Shown here piece by piece: positions 19,077-29,120 of a DNA stretch of 59,282 nucleotides (positions within the stretch are counted from its first letter, which is position 1; each line of letters starts with the position of its first letter). Made by a program: the position numbers and the translations under genes. The stretch comes from Dehalococcoidia bacterium (lineage in GTDB: Bacteria; Chloroflexota; Dehalococcoidia; UBA2979). The notes under the pieces were generated by a model. The model was not told the DNA's origin. It was given only the letters and a program-made list of their open reading frames with translations, and did no database searches. The stretch covers positions 1 through 59,282 of the forward strand of contig QZJI01000040.1 of the NCBI GenBank assembly GCA_003599735.1, read 5' to 3'.

Positions 19077-19451
19077 CTACACGTACTTCCGCGCGTACTC
19101 ACCAACGACGGGGATCTCCGTCATCTCGCCTTGGAATGCGCGGAACGCGAGAAAGAGAAACGCGCCCAGGAATGCGAGGCTGACCAGGTTCTGCACCATG
19201 GACAGGAACAGCCAGCTGAGCGGCATCATGTAGTAGACCATCGAGACGAGTGTCGAAAGAACGATCGAGATCACGATGGCCATCACACCGAGCAACAACG
19301 ACTGAAGCGCATGGAATCGAACAGTCGGGTTCTGGCTGTACGGTGCGATGAGAAGGAACGCGATGCTTGCGAAAGGGATGAGGTAGCACAGGGCAGACGC
19401 GACATTGGTACTCAGCCCACTTCCGGTCTGCGGCCCCGATTGCTGCGTCAT
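19077..19451 (-). CDS. DUF4870/Tic20-like membrane protein
   Basis: NVASALCY, VRFHALQS, AFQGEMTEIPVVGEYA. Confidence 0.8.
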   Translation of the reverse strand: MTQQSGPQTGSGLSTNVASALCYLIPFASIAFLLIAPYSQNPTVRFHALQSLLLGVMAIVISIVLSTLVSMVYYMMPLSWLFLSMVQNLVSLAFLGAFLFLAFRAFQGEMTEIPVVGEYARKYV

Positions 19452-19946
19452 CCTCGTCCCCTGCCCGGTAACACCGCTCTACACGCGAGCAAAGCGCCGT
19501 GCTCATCAGCACAACTTCCACGGAAGGCACCCGCGGGCCGCGCCGCCGATCGAGACCGCAGTTCCGACACAGTCGCGTTCGCAGAACTCCGAGCCTCCGG
19601 CGAGAGTCCGGCATCGCGGTTGAATTGATGTCGCGATCCCGTGACCCGCGCATGCGAGACACCCTAAAGGCCCCCCTGTCAGCAGGCCACCGGGGCCACG
19701 CGGACCACCGGACTGCATCGGCGCCGTGAGCAGAAGCAGGACATCAATCGCGCCCCTCCCGTATACAGGTAGCGAATTCGATCGTGCTTACGAGCTGGGC
19801 CGTAGGTGGATCGCCCCGCTCTGCGGACGACGACGCGCGGACGCTTCCGGTGCTAGTCTCCGGCACGAGCCGCGGTTCATCGACGGAATCGACGGCGAGC
19901 GCGCGGGTGCACGGGCACGAGCAACTCAGCGGAACGTCAGACGAGG

Positions 19947-20723
19947 ATGCGCATGGAGCCAGACTTCGACTTCGCCGACAAGACGATCCTCGTCACGGGA
20001 TCGGGCCGGAACATCGGGCGCGCCATCATCCTCGAGTTCGCGGCGCGGGGTGCGAACGTCGTCATCAACAGCCGTTCCAACCGCGAGGAGGCCGAGGGTG
20101 TGGCGCGCGAAGCGGAGGCGCTTGGCGCGAAGTCGCTGGTCGTGATGGGCGAGGCCGCGAACCTCGCGACGGTCGAGGAGATGAAGCAGCGCGCGGAGGA
20201 CGCCTTCGGTCGCGTCGACATCTACGTCAGCAACGCCGCTCGCCGCCTGTCCCGGTCGTTCTTCGACACGACCAACGAGGACTGGCACACCTACCTCAAC
20301 CAGCAGCTCACCGCATCCTGGTATCTCGCCAAGGCGTTCGTGCCCGGAATGATCGAAGCGGGCTGGGGCCGCATCGTCCACGTCAACGGCAATGACGGCC
20401 ACCACGGCGGCTGGTCGCGCATCCCGCACTCCGTCGCGAAAGGCGGGCTGCGCACGCTCACGAAGTCGCTCGCGTCCGGCCTCGGCGAGTACGGGATCAC
20501 GGTGAACGACCTCTACCCGGGGTACGCCGCCACCGTCCGACTGGAGGAGACGCACCCGGGTGGCTGGGCCGCCAGCGCCGAACGTGCCTCGCACACGCCG
20601 CTGGGCCGCCAACCTACGGTCGAGGAACTCGCCTGGGGTTGTCTGTTTCTGTGCGCGCCGCGCTCGGGCGCCATCACCGGCTCGGGTCTCTACATAGACG
20701 GCGGTGCCGGGATGATCGGGTAG
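19947..20723 (+). CDS. SDR-family oxidoreductase with atypical active site
   Basis: TGSGRNIG, DIYVSNA, ITVNDLYPG, ITGSGLYIDGG; HSVAK in place of YxxxK. Confidence 0.88.
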   Translation: MRMEPDFDFADKTILVTGSGRNIGRAIILEFAARGANVVINSRSNREEAEGVAREAEALGAKSLVVMGEAANLATVEEMKQRAEDAFGRVDIYVSNAARRLSRSFFDTTNEDWHTYLNQQLTASWYLAKAFVPGMIEAGWGRIVHVNGNDGHHGGWSRIPHSVAKGGLRTLTKSLASGLGEYGITVNDLYPGYAATVRLEETHPGGWAASAERASHTPLGRQPTVEELAWGCLFLCAPRSGAITGSGLYIDGGAGMIG

Positions 20724-20804
20724 CCGACCGAGTGACGGTCGGCCCCCGAATGTGTTTGCCCCCAATCAACCCACGCCGTTGCGCCTCTGCCGTTGCCCGG
20801 TGCT

Positions 20805-23800
20805 CTACTTCGAGCCGGCCGCGGCGAGCGTGAGGTCGGCACCATGTCGAAGCGTGCGTGTCGCGATCACTCGAGGCCAGGCGAAGCGCCGAATGAAGCC
20901 CGGCTCAGTAGGTTGCGGCCCGTCGAGTGGTGAGAGCTCGGTCTTCAAGCCTTGTCGCGCTTCCGAACCGGTCGCGATCGCCGCGCCGAGCGATGGGGAG
21001 AAACCATCGTCACAGGCAACAAACGCGATCACGGGCGAGCTCGCAAGCGCCCCCGCATCGCCGGGCGCCACGCACAGCACCGCGTCGGGGACGCCCGCCG
21101 TCCACAAGGCTTCGAGGATCGGCAGCAAGCTCGGCGAGCCGCTGACCATGACGCCATTCCCAGCGAGTAGCGGAGCGACGAGCCACCACGCGGCACGGAC
21201 CCCATCAGCGCACACCACGCCGGCTCCGCGCGGCAGGTCATAGAGCATCCTTGTCTCCTGGCCGGCGACTTGAACCGTGGGTGCGGGGCGCCCGAGTTCC
21301 TCGGCTGCCGCGTGCGCTGCGGCCACGAGGATCGCTGCGGTCGCATCCTGGCCCTTCGCCAGCGCCGCAGCAGCGCGCTCTATCGTCGCGATGCGCTCGC
21401 CGAGCGTCGCAATCCACGGGATCGCCGCCGGGAACGGGGCTTCCTCGTCGGTGAGCCGGTCACCGGCGCCCATCGGAGCATCGACGCGCTCGACGAACGC
21501 CCAGAGGTAGTCGCCGCCGCCGGCCTTCGGACCGGTGCCGGAGAAGCGCATCCCTCCGAACGGCTCGACGCCGGGACGGGCGCCCGTCGACGTTCGATTC
21601 ACGTACACGTGCCCCGCATCGATCGCAGCACTCACGCGGGCGATACGGCCCGGACTGCGCGAGAAGAGCGCTGAGGTGAGCCCATACGCCGTGCCGTTCG
21701 CGATGTGGATCGCCTCCACCTCATCATCAACGGCGATCACCGCGAGGATCGGGCCAAAGAGCTCCTCGGTCGCGGTGCGCGCACGCAGTGCATCACTCTT
21801 ATCGATCTCGACGATCAGCGGTCCGTGGGTGATTGACCCCGTGGGCGCGGCGAAACGATCGAGGAGCACCCGACCCTCCTGACGTGCGACGGTTGCGGCA
21901 GCCTCGAGTCGTTCGGAGGCCCGGCGGTCGATCACGGGGTTGACCTGTGTCGCGGGGTCGTCGGCGTCGCCGCAGATCAGCGAAGCTGCCGCTTCGACGA
22001 GCCGCAAGCAGAATCGGTCGAACACCGTCCGCTCAACCAGCACGCGGGAGATCGCCGAGCATTTCTGGTTCGCGTGTCCGAATGCGGATGCCAAGACGCC
22101 CGATACTGCCTCGTCGAGGTCGGAATCGTCGAACACCAGGGCGGGGTTCTTGCCGCCCATCTCCGTGATCGCACTTCGAGGGCGCCCCTCGTCGGTTGTC
22201 GTCCGCGAGACCGCCTCGTGGATCGCCGTCCCGACGGCGCGCGACCCGGTGAACGCCACCATCGCGACCCGCCGATCGTCCACGAGCGCCTGTCCTGCCT
22301 CGCGTCCCTCGCCGGGAAGGCAGAGCACGACCTCCGCGGGGACGCCTGCCTCGTGAAGCAGCGCGACGAGGCGTGTAGCGACCAGCGGCGTCTGTGTCGC
22401 GGGCTTCAGCACCACCGTGTCGCCCACGGCGAGGGCTGCGGCAGTCATCCCGCAGGGGATCGCGAGCGAGAAGTTCCACGGCGGGATCACCGCAACGACG
22501 CCCCGCGGCCGGATGCGATCACCGAAGGCCTCGAAGAGCCGTTCGGCCTCCACGGCGTACAGGCGAAGGAAATCGACCGCCTCCTCCACCTCGGCCCATG
22601 CTCCCGCGCGATCTCGGCCGCCCTCGCGCACGATCGCTGCCGCGAACTCGTGGCCGCGCGCGAGCAGGAGATTGGCGGCCCGACGGAGGATTGCCGCGCG
22701 GCTCGCAGCTCCCAGAGCCTGCCATGCGGGCTGCGCCTGGTGTGCACGCTCCACCGCGGCGGCAGCACCACGAGGAGACGCGAGCTCCACGCGCGCGAGT
22801 GGAATGCCATCTGGGTCGGACGGGCTATGTACGTCGATCGTCAGCGCGGCCTCGATGCCGACCGGGAGCGCGAGGTGGGGAGGCTGGACAACCGGGGCAG
22901 TCGCGAGAGCCGCATCAAACGAGTCACGGAATGTCGCGTCGAACCAGCGCGCCGCGGGGGCTCGTTCGAAATGCGCCCCATCCGCGGCGACTGATGGCGA
23001 GTCGAGTGTGGTTGCCGGCGGCGCGAGCAACTGTTCAATGGACGCCTGCTGGCGGCTCTGCATCAGGAACCCGGCCTGCGACGAATTCTCGAGAATGCGT
23101 CGGACGAGGTAGGCCATGCCGGGCAGCAGATCCCCGACCGGGACGTAGTCGCGTGCCGGCCATCCTTGCTCGACGAGTGCTCGGCTCATCGCCTCCGAGG
23201 TGCGATGCAGCGTCTGGTGTTCGACCGCATTCGCGGGGATGCCCCGTGCCTCGGCGGCGGCGCTGGCGTACGCGTGCGTCCGGGGGTTGTGACTCGCGAC
23301 CGCGAGGTGAAGGACGTCGGCGTTATCGAGCAGTCGATCGACGCAGCTGTCAAACGAGCGATCCGTTGCCTCCTTCCGCTGGAATACCGGGGCCGGCCAG
23401 CGGTTCGCGGACGCGACCGCCGTCTCATAGTCCCAGTAGGCCCCCTTCACGAGCCGCACCTGGAACGGAGTCCCGCGCTCACGCGCGAATGCAACCAGTT
23501 CATCGAGGTGCGCGTCGACATCGCGCAGGTACGCCTGGACGACGATCCCGGCATCGGTCCAGTCCACGAAGGAACCGCCTGGGCCGAATGCGTCCCGGAA
23601 GGCGGCCCATACGACGTCGCGCGTCTCGTACTGCTCGGCGTCGATGGCGAGCCCGATGCCAGCGGTCCGCGCGGCCTCGGCAATCCGCAGCAGTCGAGGT
23701 CGAACGCGGGCCACTGATCCGTTCAGGTCGACGGGGGTGAAGTGATGCGTGAGCGATGAGAGCTTGATCGAGACCTGGAGCGACGGTTCGCCACCGGCAG

Positions 23801-24365
23801 AACGTGTGCGGGCTGACAATTCGCGCGAGAGATCTGCGATCAACGCGAGGTATCGCGCCTCGTACTCGTCAGCCTCGCGGACGCTGAGCACGGCTTCCCC
23901 CAGCACATCGAACGAGGGCACACGTCCGGCCGCAGCGAGCGATTCCACGATGCGATGGACGCCGGACTCTCCGGGTAGCGTGATGAAGCGTCGCGCGAAC
24001 ACCTCGGCCGCGCGGCGTGACGCGCTGGCGATGACAGTGGCGGGAAGTTGCTCGTTGCGGGCGACGCGCAGCAGCCAACGCAGAGGGCGTGGGATGCCGA
24101 CGAAGTCGCCCGCGAAGTACTCGTGGAAGAGCTGCTGGACCTCGTCCGAGGTTCCGGGGGCGTCGAACGCGGCCAGGACGTCCAGGAACCGCAGCAGCCG
24201 GGTACGGAACTGCGTGTCGGCCATCGCGTTGGTGAGGAGCCAGTCTTCGACCTGTTCGTCGAGGCGCGGCGAGTAGCGCCCCATCGACTCCAGCAGTGTC
24301 CGACCGATCGCCTGGGTGCGAGTCTCGACGTGGTCAGCTGTCACGTGCAGTCTCCCCTCGTCCAC
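20805..24365 (-). CDS. putA: Bifunctional proline dehydrogenase / P5C dehydrogenase
   Basis: SIKLSSL, IDAEQY, VRLVKGAYWDYE, ASHNPRT, YLVRRILENSS; ALDH part PPWNFSLAI, FTGS, TEMGGKN, QKCSA, EELFGP. Confidence 0.93.
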   Translation of the reverse strand: MDEGRLHVTADHVETRTQAIGRTLLESMGRYSPRLDEQVEDWLLTNAMADTQFRTRLLRFLDVLAAFDAPGTSDEVQQLFHEYFAGDFVGIPRPLRWLLRVARNEQLPATVIASASRRAAEVFARRFITLPGESGVHRIVESLAAAGRVPSFDVLGEAVLSVREADEYEARYLALIADLSRELSARTRSAGGEPSLQVSIKLSSLTHHFTPVDLNGSVARVRPRLLRIAEAARTAGIGLAIDAEQYETRDVVWAAFRDAFGPGGSFVDWTDAGIVVQAYLRDVDAHLDELVAFARERGTPFQVRLVKGAYWDYETAVASANRWPAPVFQRKEATDRSFDSCVDRLLDNADVLHLAVASHNPRTHAYASAAAEARGIPANAVEHQTLHRTSEAMSRALVEQGWPARDYVPVGDLLPGMAYLVRRILENSSQAGFLMQSRQQASIEQLLAPPATTLDSPSVAADGAHFERAPAARWFDATFRDSFDAALATAPVVQPPHLALPVGIEAALTIDVHSPSDPDGIPLARVELASPRGAAAAVERAHQAQPAWQALGAASRAAILRRAANLLLARGHEFAAAIVREGGRDRAGAWAEVEEAVDFLRLYAVEAERLFEAFGDRIRPRGVVAVIPPWNFSLAIPCGMTAAALAVGDTVVLKPATQTPLVATRLVALLHEAGVPAEVVLCLPGEGREAGQALVDDRRVAMVAFTGSRAVGTAIHEAVSRTTTDEGRPRSAITEMGGKNPALVFDDSDLDEAVSGVLASAFGHANQKCSAISRVLVERTVFDRFCLRLVEAAASLICGDADDPATQVNPVIDRRASERLEAAATVARQEGRVLLDRFAAPTGSITHGPLIVEIDKSDALRARTATEELFGPILAVIAVDDEVEAIHIANGTAYGLTSALFSRSPGRIARVSAAIDAGHVYVNRTSTGARPGVEPFGGMRFSGTGPKAGGGDYLWAFVERVDAPMGAGDRLTDEEAPFPAAIPWIATLGERIATIERAAAALAKGQDATAAILVAAAHAAAEELGRPAPTVQVAGQETRMLYDLPRGAGVVCADGVRAAWWLVAPLLAGNGVMVSGSPSLLPILEALWTAGVPDAVLCVAPGDAGALASSPVIAFVACDDGFSPSLGAAIATGSEARQGLKTELSPLDGPQPTEPGFIRRFAWPRVIATRTLRHGADLTLAAAGSK

Positions 24366-24574
24366 CTCGAGGTTACCGCGCGGTCTCCTCCCGTGACACG
24401 ACGCGGAGTGCTATTCGCAGCTGACTGGAGGGGAGGGGCACGCCAACTCCTCTCCGCGACGCACTACCTGGCGCGTCGGAGAATGGCCTCAATCAAACGG
24501 CTAGCTCAGACCGTCACCAGATCGCCGACGTATCAAGCACAGAGGAGATGTTCGCGACCTCAACAGCATGATCC

Positions 24575-25252
24575 TCATCGGGAGGGATCAAAGAGGTACC
24601 CGAAGCCCCGTTCAGTCACGATGTGGCGCGCCGCGTCTCCAAGCTTCTCTCGGAGGCGATGCACGTAGGCGCGGACGTAGTCCGTCTCATCCTTATATGC
24701 CTCGCCCCACACCTTCCGCAGCAGCACCTCCTGCCGCTGTACAACCCCGGCACTCTGCACGAGGTAGTACAGAAGTCTGTACTCGGTGGGAGTCAGGTCG
24801 ATCACTCGGCCAGCGAGCCGGGCTTCCTGCTTCTCAAAGTCCATTTCAAACTCACCCGCGGCGAAGGATGCGGCGCCGCTCTGGGGTACCGTCAGGCGCC
24901 TCAACACCGCCCGGACGCGCTCGATCAACTCCTGGTGGTTGAACGGCTTCGTCACGTAGTCGTCAGCGCCCAGTCTCAGCCCTCGGATTTTATCCGGGGT
25001 CATGTCACGCGCCGTGAGCACGATCACCGGCACGTCCGAGGTCAGCCGCAGTTGCTCAAGGACATCAAGTCCGTTGATGTCGGGCAGTCCGATGTCGAGG
25101 AGCACGATGTCGGGATGACCGCTCTCGATCAGACGGAGCGCGGTTCGTCCCGTGTCGGCAGCGATGACTTCTGAGCCGGGCCAGAGCATCAAGAAGTTCA
25201 GCCGTACCGATTCGACGACCTCGGGAGAGTCATCGACGATCAGCACCTTCAC
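24575..25252 (-). CDS. OmpR/KdpE-family response regulator
   Basis: VLIVDD, LLDIGLPD, GADDYVTKPF, LTPTEYRLL, TERGFGY; GTG start overlaps the kinase stop. Confidence 0.92.
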   Translation of the reverse strand: MKVLIVDDSPEVVESVRLNFLMLWPGSEVIAADTGRTALRLIESGHPDIVLLDIGLPDINGLDVLEQLRLTSDVPVIVLTARDMTPDKIRGLRLGADDYVTKPFNHQELIERVRAVLRRLTVPQSGAASFAAGEFEMDFEKQEARLAGRVIDLTPTEYRLLYYLVQSAGVVQRQEVLLRKVWGEAYKDETDYVRAYVHRLREKLGDAARHIVTERGFGYLFDPSR

Positions 25253-26304
25253 GCTGGGTCGTTGCCCGGTGCATCGCCGATCGGCACACGAAGCGTGAAG
25301 CAACTTCCGGCGCCCGGGCTGCTCTCCACTTCGATGCTGCCGTGATGAGCCTGTGCGATCGCAAGCGCGATCGGGAGGCCAAGCCCCGCCCCGCCCGCTG
25401 TGTCGCCACTGCTCCGGTAGAATCGCTCGAAGAGGTGCGCTCGGTCCGCAAGCGCAATACCAGGGCCTTGATCACGGACTTCCCAGAAGACGTCTTCTCC
25501 CTCCGAGCGGACGGTCAAGAAGACCGTCGATCCTTCCGGGGAGAAGCGATTCGCGTTCGCGAGGAGATTCAGCAACGCTTGCTCCAAACGTCGTCGGTCG
25601 CCGAAGACGACCGGCGGTGCTGCCGGCTGGTGCACTTGCAACTGCTGCCCGCGCGCCTCGAAGAGCGGTGCCACGAGCTTCGCCGCGTCCCGCGCCAGCT
25701 CTGACGCGTCTACTGACCAGGAGTGCATCTCGATCGTGCCGGATCGGTAGCGTGCGAGGTCGAGGAGATCCGCGATCAGCTTTTGCATCTTGTCCGCACT
25801 CGATGCGATCGTGTTCAACAGCCGCTCGCGAATCGATGGTTCGATCGCGCCACCGGCGTCGACCATTAGTCCGATGCATGTGCGCATCGCCGTCAACGGT
25901 GTGCGCAGCTCGTGCGCGATCGTCGCGACGAGCTGCGTCCGAAGCCGTTCGAGCTCCTCTAATCCGATATGCAACCGGGGATCGGCCCCGGAATGGGAGC
26001 GCGCGAGTTCCTCCCCGAGCGTCGTGCGCACGTAGCGACGCTCTGCACCACGCGACGAGGCGGCGCGGATGAGGCCCCTACTGACGAGGCGTTCGAGGGA
26101 GGGAGCCACCCCAAGGTCGTGGATCGCGGCCGCGAACGCATCGACGCGCCGCGCAAGCTCTACCTCGGTTCCCCCTTCTCCCATCAGGAGCAAAACACTG
26201 ACGACCCCCAACTCCGCCTCGAGGGTGGCAGCGTCGACAGTGGCATCGAGGTCGTTCGGCTTCATGTGCCATCCCGAAGCGACTGCTTCACTTCGACGCG
26301 CCAT
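25249..26304 (-). CDS. Soluble histidine kinase (HisKA + HATPase) with winged-helix-like N-terminus
   Basis: AHELRTPLT, NLLANANRF, DQGPGI, FERFYR, GAGLGLPI; no clear TM pair. Alternative start at 26265. Confidence 0.88.
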   Translation of the reverse strand: MARRSEAVASGWHMKPNDLDATVDAATLEAELGVVSVLLLMGEGGTEVELARRVDAFAAAIHDLGVAPSLERLVSRGLIRAASSRGAERRYVRTTLGEELARSHSGADPRLHIGLEELERLRTQLVATIAHELRTPLTAMRTCIGLMVDAGGAIEPSIRERLLNTIASSADKMQKLIADLLDLARYRSGTIEMHSWSVDASELARDAAKLVAPLFEARGQQLQVHQPAAPPVVFGDRRRLEQALLNLLANANRFSPEGSTVFLTVRSEGEDVFWEVRDQGPGIALADRAHLFERFYRSSGDTAGGAGLGLPIALAIAQAHHGSIEVESSPGAGSCFTLRVPIGDAPGNDPA

Positions 26305-26392
26305 CCCAGCGTCTTCAGTCCGCCATACCGGCGTCGCCTACGGAGCTCGCCAGTGTCACACCGACGGCTGGCGAGCTCCTGAGCCGCTATGG

Positions 26393-26830
26393 TCACGCAT
26401 GGTAGACGCTTCGGACCGTCAATCGTCGGGCTCCGGCGGGCGTGACTACCTCTACCCGATCGCCGGCCCTGACGCCCAGCAGCGCAGCACCGATCGGCGA
26501 TTGGAACGAGATCCTCCCAGCCTCCGCGTCCACTTCGGTGGGCGCGACCAGCTCGTACCGGGCCGAGTCCCCGTCGTCGTAGCGCACGCGCACTCGGCTC
26601 CCCACGACCGCACGCTCGCCGATCGGGAGGACGTGCGCACGCTCGAGGATGGGGCGTAGCACGGCCGCGTTCGTCTCCGCTTCGCGGGCCGTCTCCGGGT
26701 CCCGTCGCTCCAGTTGACGTTCGGAGGCGCGCAGCGCGTTCCGCAGGCGCACATACACCGGGACGGTCATGGGGATGGAGCGCTCGGGGATCTCGAGAGA
26801 CAGGACGTTCGAACGAGTTTCACGAGTCAT
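26393..26830 (-). CDS. GreA/GreB C-terminal-domain protein (Rnk-like)
   Basis: VVGSRVRV...YELVAPTEVDAEAGRISFQSPIGAALLG; GGAGGT RBS; short N-terminus lacking DLSENAEY. Confidence 0.8.
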   Translation of the reverse strand: MTRETRSNVLSLEIPERSIPMTVPVYVRLRNALRASERQLERRDPETAREAETNAAVLRPILERAHVLPIGERAVVGSRVRVRYDDGDSARYELVAPTEVDAEAGRISFQSPIGAALLGVRAGDRVEVVTPAGARRLTVRSVYHA

Positions 26831-27190
26831 CACATACCTCCATCACCATCGGAGTTCGGCCGTCCCACGGAGACGGCGCCGATGGAGGGCATCACCGAGG
26901 GGCACAACTACCGTATCGAGAAGGACGGAGATTTCGGCGCCCGCTTTGTTCAATCTGCGTGAACAAACTGGCGGAACACAAGGATCGTCGGCGTGGGTCA
27001 AGTACCCGATGGGCCAGTCCCCAGACGCCCGCGATTCGATCCGGCTGAGCCTCTCGCTCCGTGCGAGCGGCACGCGAGCAGGACACGACTAGTTCCCTGA
27101 TCGCTGGGATCGCGGAGTGCGCGTGATCAGGGCGGGAGTCAGCCGTTCGCACTGCGGACGCGCTGACCCCGGCCCTGTGCGAGTTCGTGT

Positions 27191-27952
27191 CTATTGGGCG
27201 GTGTATCCACCGTCCACGACGTGGTAGCTGCCCGTGATGAACGAGGCCGCATCCGAAGCGAGGAACGCTACGAGCGCAGCGACCTCCTCCGGCGTACCGA
27301 GCCGCTTCATCGCGTGCAGATCAGCGATCGCCTTCTGCGCCGCTTCATCCAGGTTTTGGGCGATGAGTGGCGTCGCGATAAAGCCCGGCCCGACGCTCGT
27401 CACGCGGACTCCCTGCGTTCCGTACTCGATCGCCGCACTCTTGGTGAGACCGAGGACGCCATGCTTGGCTGCGACATACGCCGCGCTGCTCGCGAATCCG
27501 ACCGATCCGAGGATCGAAGCCATGTTCACGATCGCACCACCACCGGTCTGCAGCATCGCGGGGATTTCGTATCGCATGCCGTAGAACACACCGTTGAGAT
27601 TGACTGCGATTACGCGGTCCCAGCTCTCAATGGAGTATTCGCCGGTCAGGCTCGCGTCGCCGCCAATGCCTGCGTTGTTTACGGCAACGTCCAGGCGTCC
27701 ATATGTGTCGAGTGCGAAGCGCACCATCGCCTCGACGGACGGCGGTGCGGCGACGTCGACCTTCACCGCCGCGGCCTGACCACCGGCGGTCGTTGCCGCG
27801 CGCGCGACACGCTCGGCGGCTTCGACGTTAAAGTCGGCGACCACCACCTGCGCGCCTCGAGCAGCGAGCGCGACGACAACCGCCTCGCCGATCCCCGAGC
27901 CGCCGCCGGTAACGATCGCCACCTTGCCGGAGTAGTCCTGTTGGTCTGCCAT
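27191..27952 (-). CDS. Classical SDR oxidoreductase
   Basis: TGGGSGIG, NNAGI, NMAS, YVAAKHG, GPGFIATP; start ATG 27952. Confidence 0.92.
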   Translation of the reverse strand: MADQQDYSGKVAIVTGGGSGIGEAVVVALAARGAQVVVADFNVEAAERVARAATTAGGQAAAVKVDVAAPPSVEAMVRFALDTYGRLDVAVNNAGIGGDASLTGEYSIESWDRVIAVNLNGVFYGMRYEIPAMLQTGGGAIVNMASILGSVGFASSAAYVAAKHGVLGLTKSAAIEYGTQGVRVTSVGPGFIATPLIAQNLDEAAQKAIADLHAMKRLGTPEEVAALVAFLASDAASFITGSYHVVDGGYTAQ

Positions 27953-28052
27953 GTCGATACCTCTTCCTCGGGCGTCTCGGCATCCCGTGATGCGTTGCGG
28001 CCGCCAGTACTCGTTGATGATGCATTCGCGCGGCTGAGGTCGCCGCGCTGAC

Positions 28053-28541
28053 TTACTGCTGTGCTGCCAGCTGGTCCGCGAGTCCCCGGCGGGCCAGTTC
28101 GCCCTCGAGATCGAGGTGCTTCGTGCCGAAGCCGCGGTGCTCCCACTCATCGCGGGGAACCATCCAGAAGACCTCAAACTCGTTGCCGTCCGGGTCCTTC
28201 CCGTAGAGGCTCAGGCTGTTGCCGTGGTCCGATTGCCCGGTCAGCGCGTCGGCGTTGGTTAGCGCGTCGCGCGCACCTGCCAGGTCGGAGAGCGTGTCGA
28301 CCTCCCACGCGAGGTGGTAGAGGCCCACGCGGTCGCCGCGGCCCGGCGGTGGCGCCTGCTCGCCGATGCCGAAGAGCCCGAGATCATGGTGGTTGTCGCT
28401 GCCGTTCGCACGCAGGAAATACGCGCGCTCACCCATCGCCTCGACGACCTCGAAGCCCAGTACGTCGCGGTAGAACTCGAAGGCCCGCGTCGCGTCTCGG
28501 ACGTAGAGCACCGCGTGGTTGAGTCGGTTGATCTTGAACAT
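28053..28541 (-). CDS. VOC/glyoxalase-family protein (catechol dioxygenase-like)
   Basis: LNHAVLYVRD, NHHDLGL, GLYHLAWEV, SLYGKDPDGNEFEV. Confidence 0.88.
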   Translation of the reverse strand: MFKINRLNHAVLYVRDATRAFEFYRDVLGFEVVEAMGERAYFLRANGSDNHHDLGLFGIGEQAPPPGRGDRVGLYHLAWEVDTLSDLAGARDALTNADALTGQSDHGNSLSLYGKDPDGNEFEVFWMVPRDEWEHRGFGTKHLDLEGELARRGLADQLAAQQ

Positions 28542-28605
28542 GGCCATCTCCTCGCCCATTGTGCCCCTTCGCGGGGACACCAACTTAGTCGCATCACGGT
28601 TCTTG

Positions 28606-28704
28606 TGTTACCCTCAGTAACAAACAACCCGTTAGTTCTGATTCAGAACTAACCACATCTTCGGTGACTAACCGGCCCTTGTGAAGACGGCACTTCGAAG
28701 TGCC
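28606..28704. promoter_or_regulatory. Three palindromic operator-like sites in the VOC/hxlR divergent promoter
   Basis: TGTTAC-N5-GTAACA (28606-28622), GTTAGTTCTGA-T-TCAGAACTAAC (28631-28653), GGCACTTCGAAGTGCC (28689-28704). Confidence 0.7.
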
Positions 28705-28724
28705 ATACGCACTCGGAGGGAACC

Positions 28725-29120
28725 ATGAGGAATCAGGCGATGGACGAAGAATCGATTGGGGCCGTCGACGCCTGCCTCGTGCGAGACGTGCTCGACCGCG
28801 TTGGGGATAAGTGGTCCGTCTACGTGGTCCACATGCTCGGCGGCGGCACGATGCGCTTCAGCGAGCTGCGTCGCGGAATCGACGGCATCAGCCAGCGCAT
28901 GCTTACTGTCACACTCCGCGGCCTCGAGCGTGACGGCCTCGTCTCACGGAAGGTCTACCCGGTCGTCCCGCCGCGCGTGGACTATGCCCTCACACCGCTG
29001 GGTCAAACCTTGCTCGATGCAGTCTGTGCCTTGGTCAAATGGTCCGAGGCGCACCGGCAGGACATCGACGTAGCGCGCGCGCGGTACGACGAGCGGGAGG
29101 AAGTCCTCCTCCCGGCCTAG
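28725..29120 (+). CDS. HxlR/DUF24 winged-helix regulator
   Basis: CLVRDVLDRVGDKWS, RFSELRRGIDGISQRMLT, PPRVDYALTPLG; N-terminal Cys. Confidence 0.92.
   Translation: MRNQAMDEESIGAVDACLVRDVLDRVGDKWSVYVVHMLGGGTMRFSELRRGIDGISQRMLTVTLRGLERDGLVSRKVYPVVPPRVDYALTPLGQTLLDAVCALVKWSEAHRQDIDVARARYDEREEVLLPA

Noticed and set aside
19655-19775. Possible Moco-riboswitch-like leader (CCTCCCGTAT) upstream of the SDR
   Set aside because: Only a short match; other conserved elements are missing, no molybdenum genes are adjacent, and GC-rich hairpins are expected by chance.
26840-27100. Coding-like fragment (MEGITEGHNYRIEKDGDFG) in the gre-SDR spacer
   Set aside because: Too short, with no RBS or recognisable family; cannot be supported without a search.
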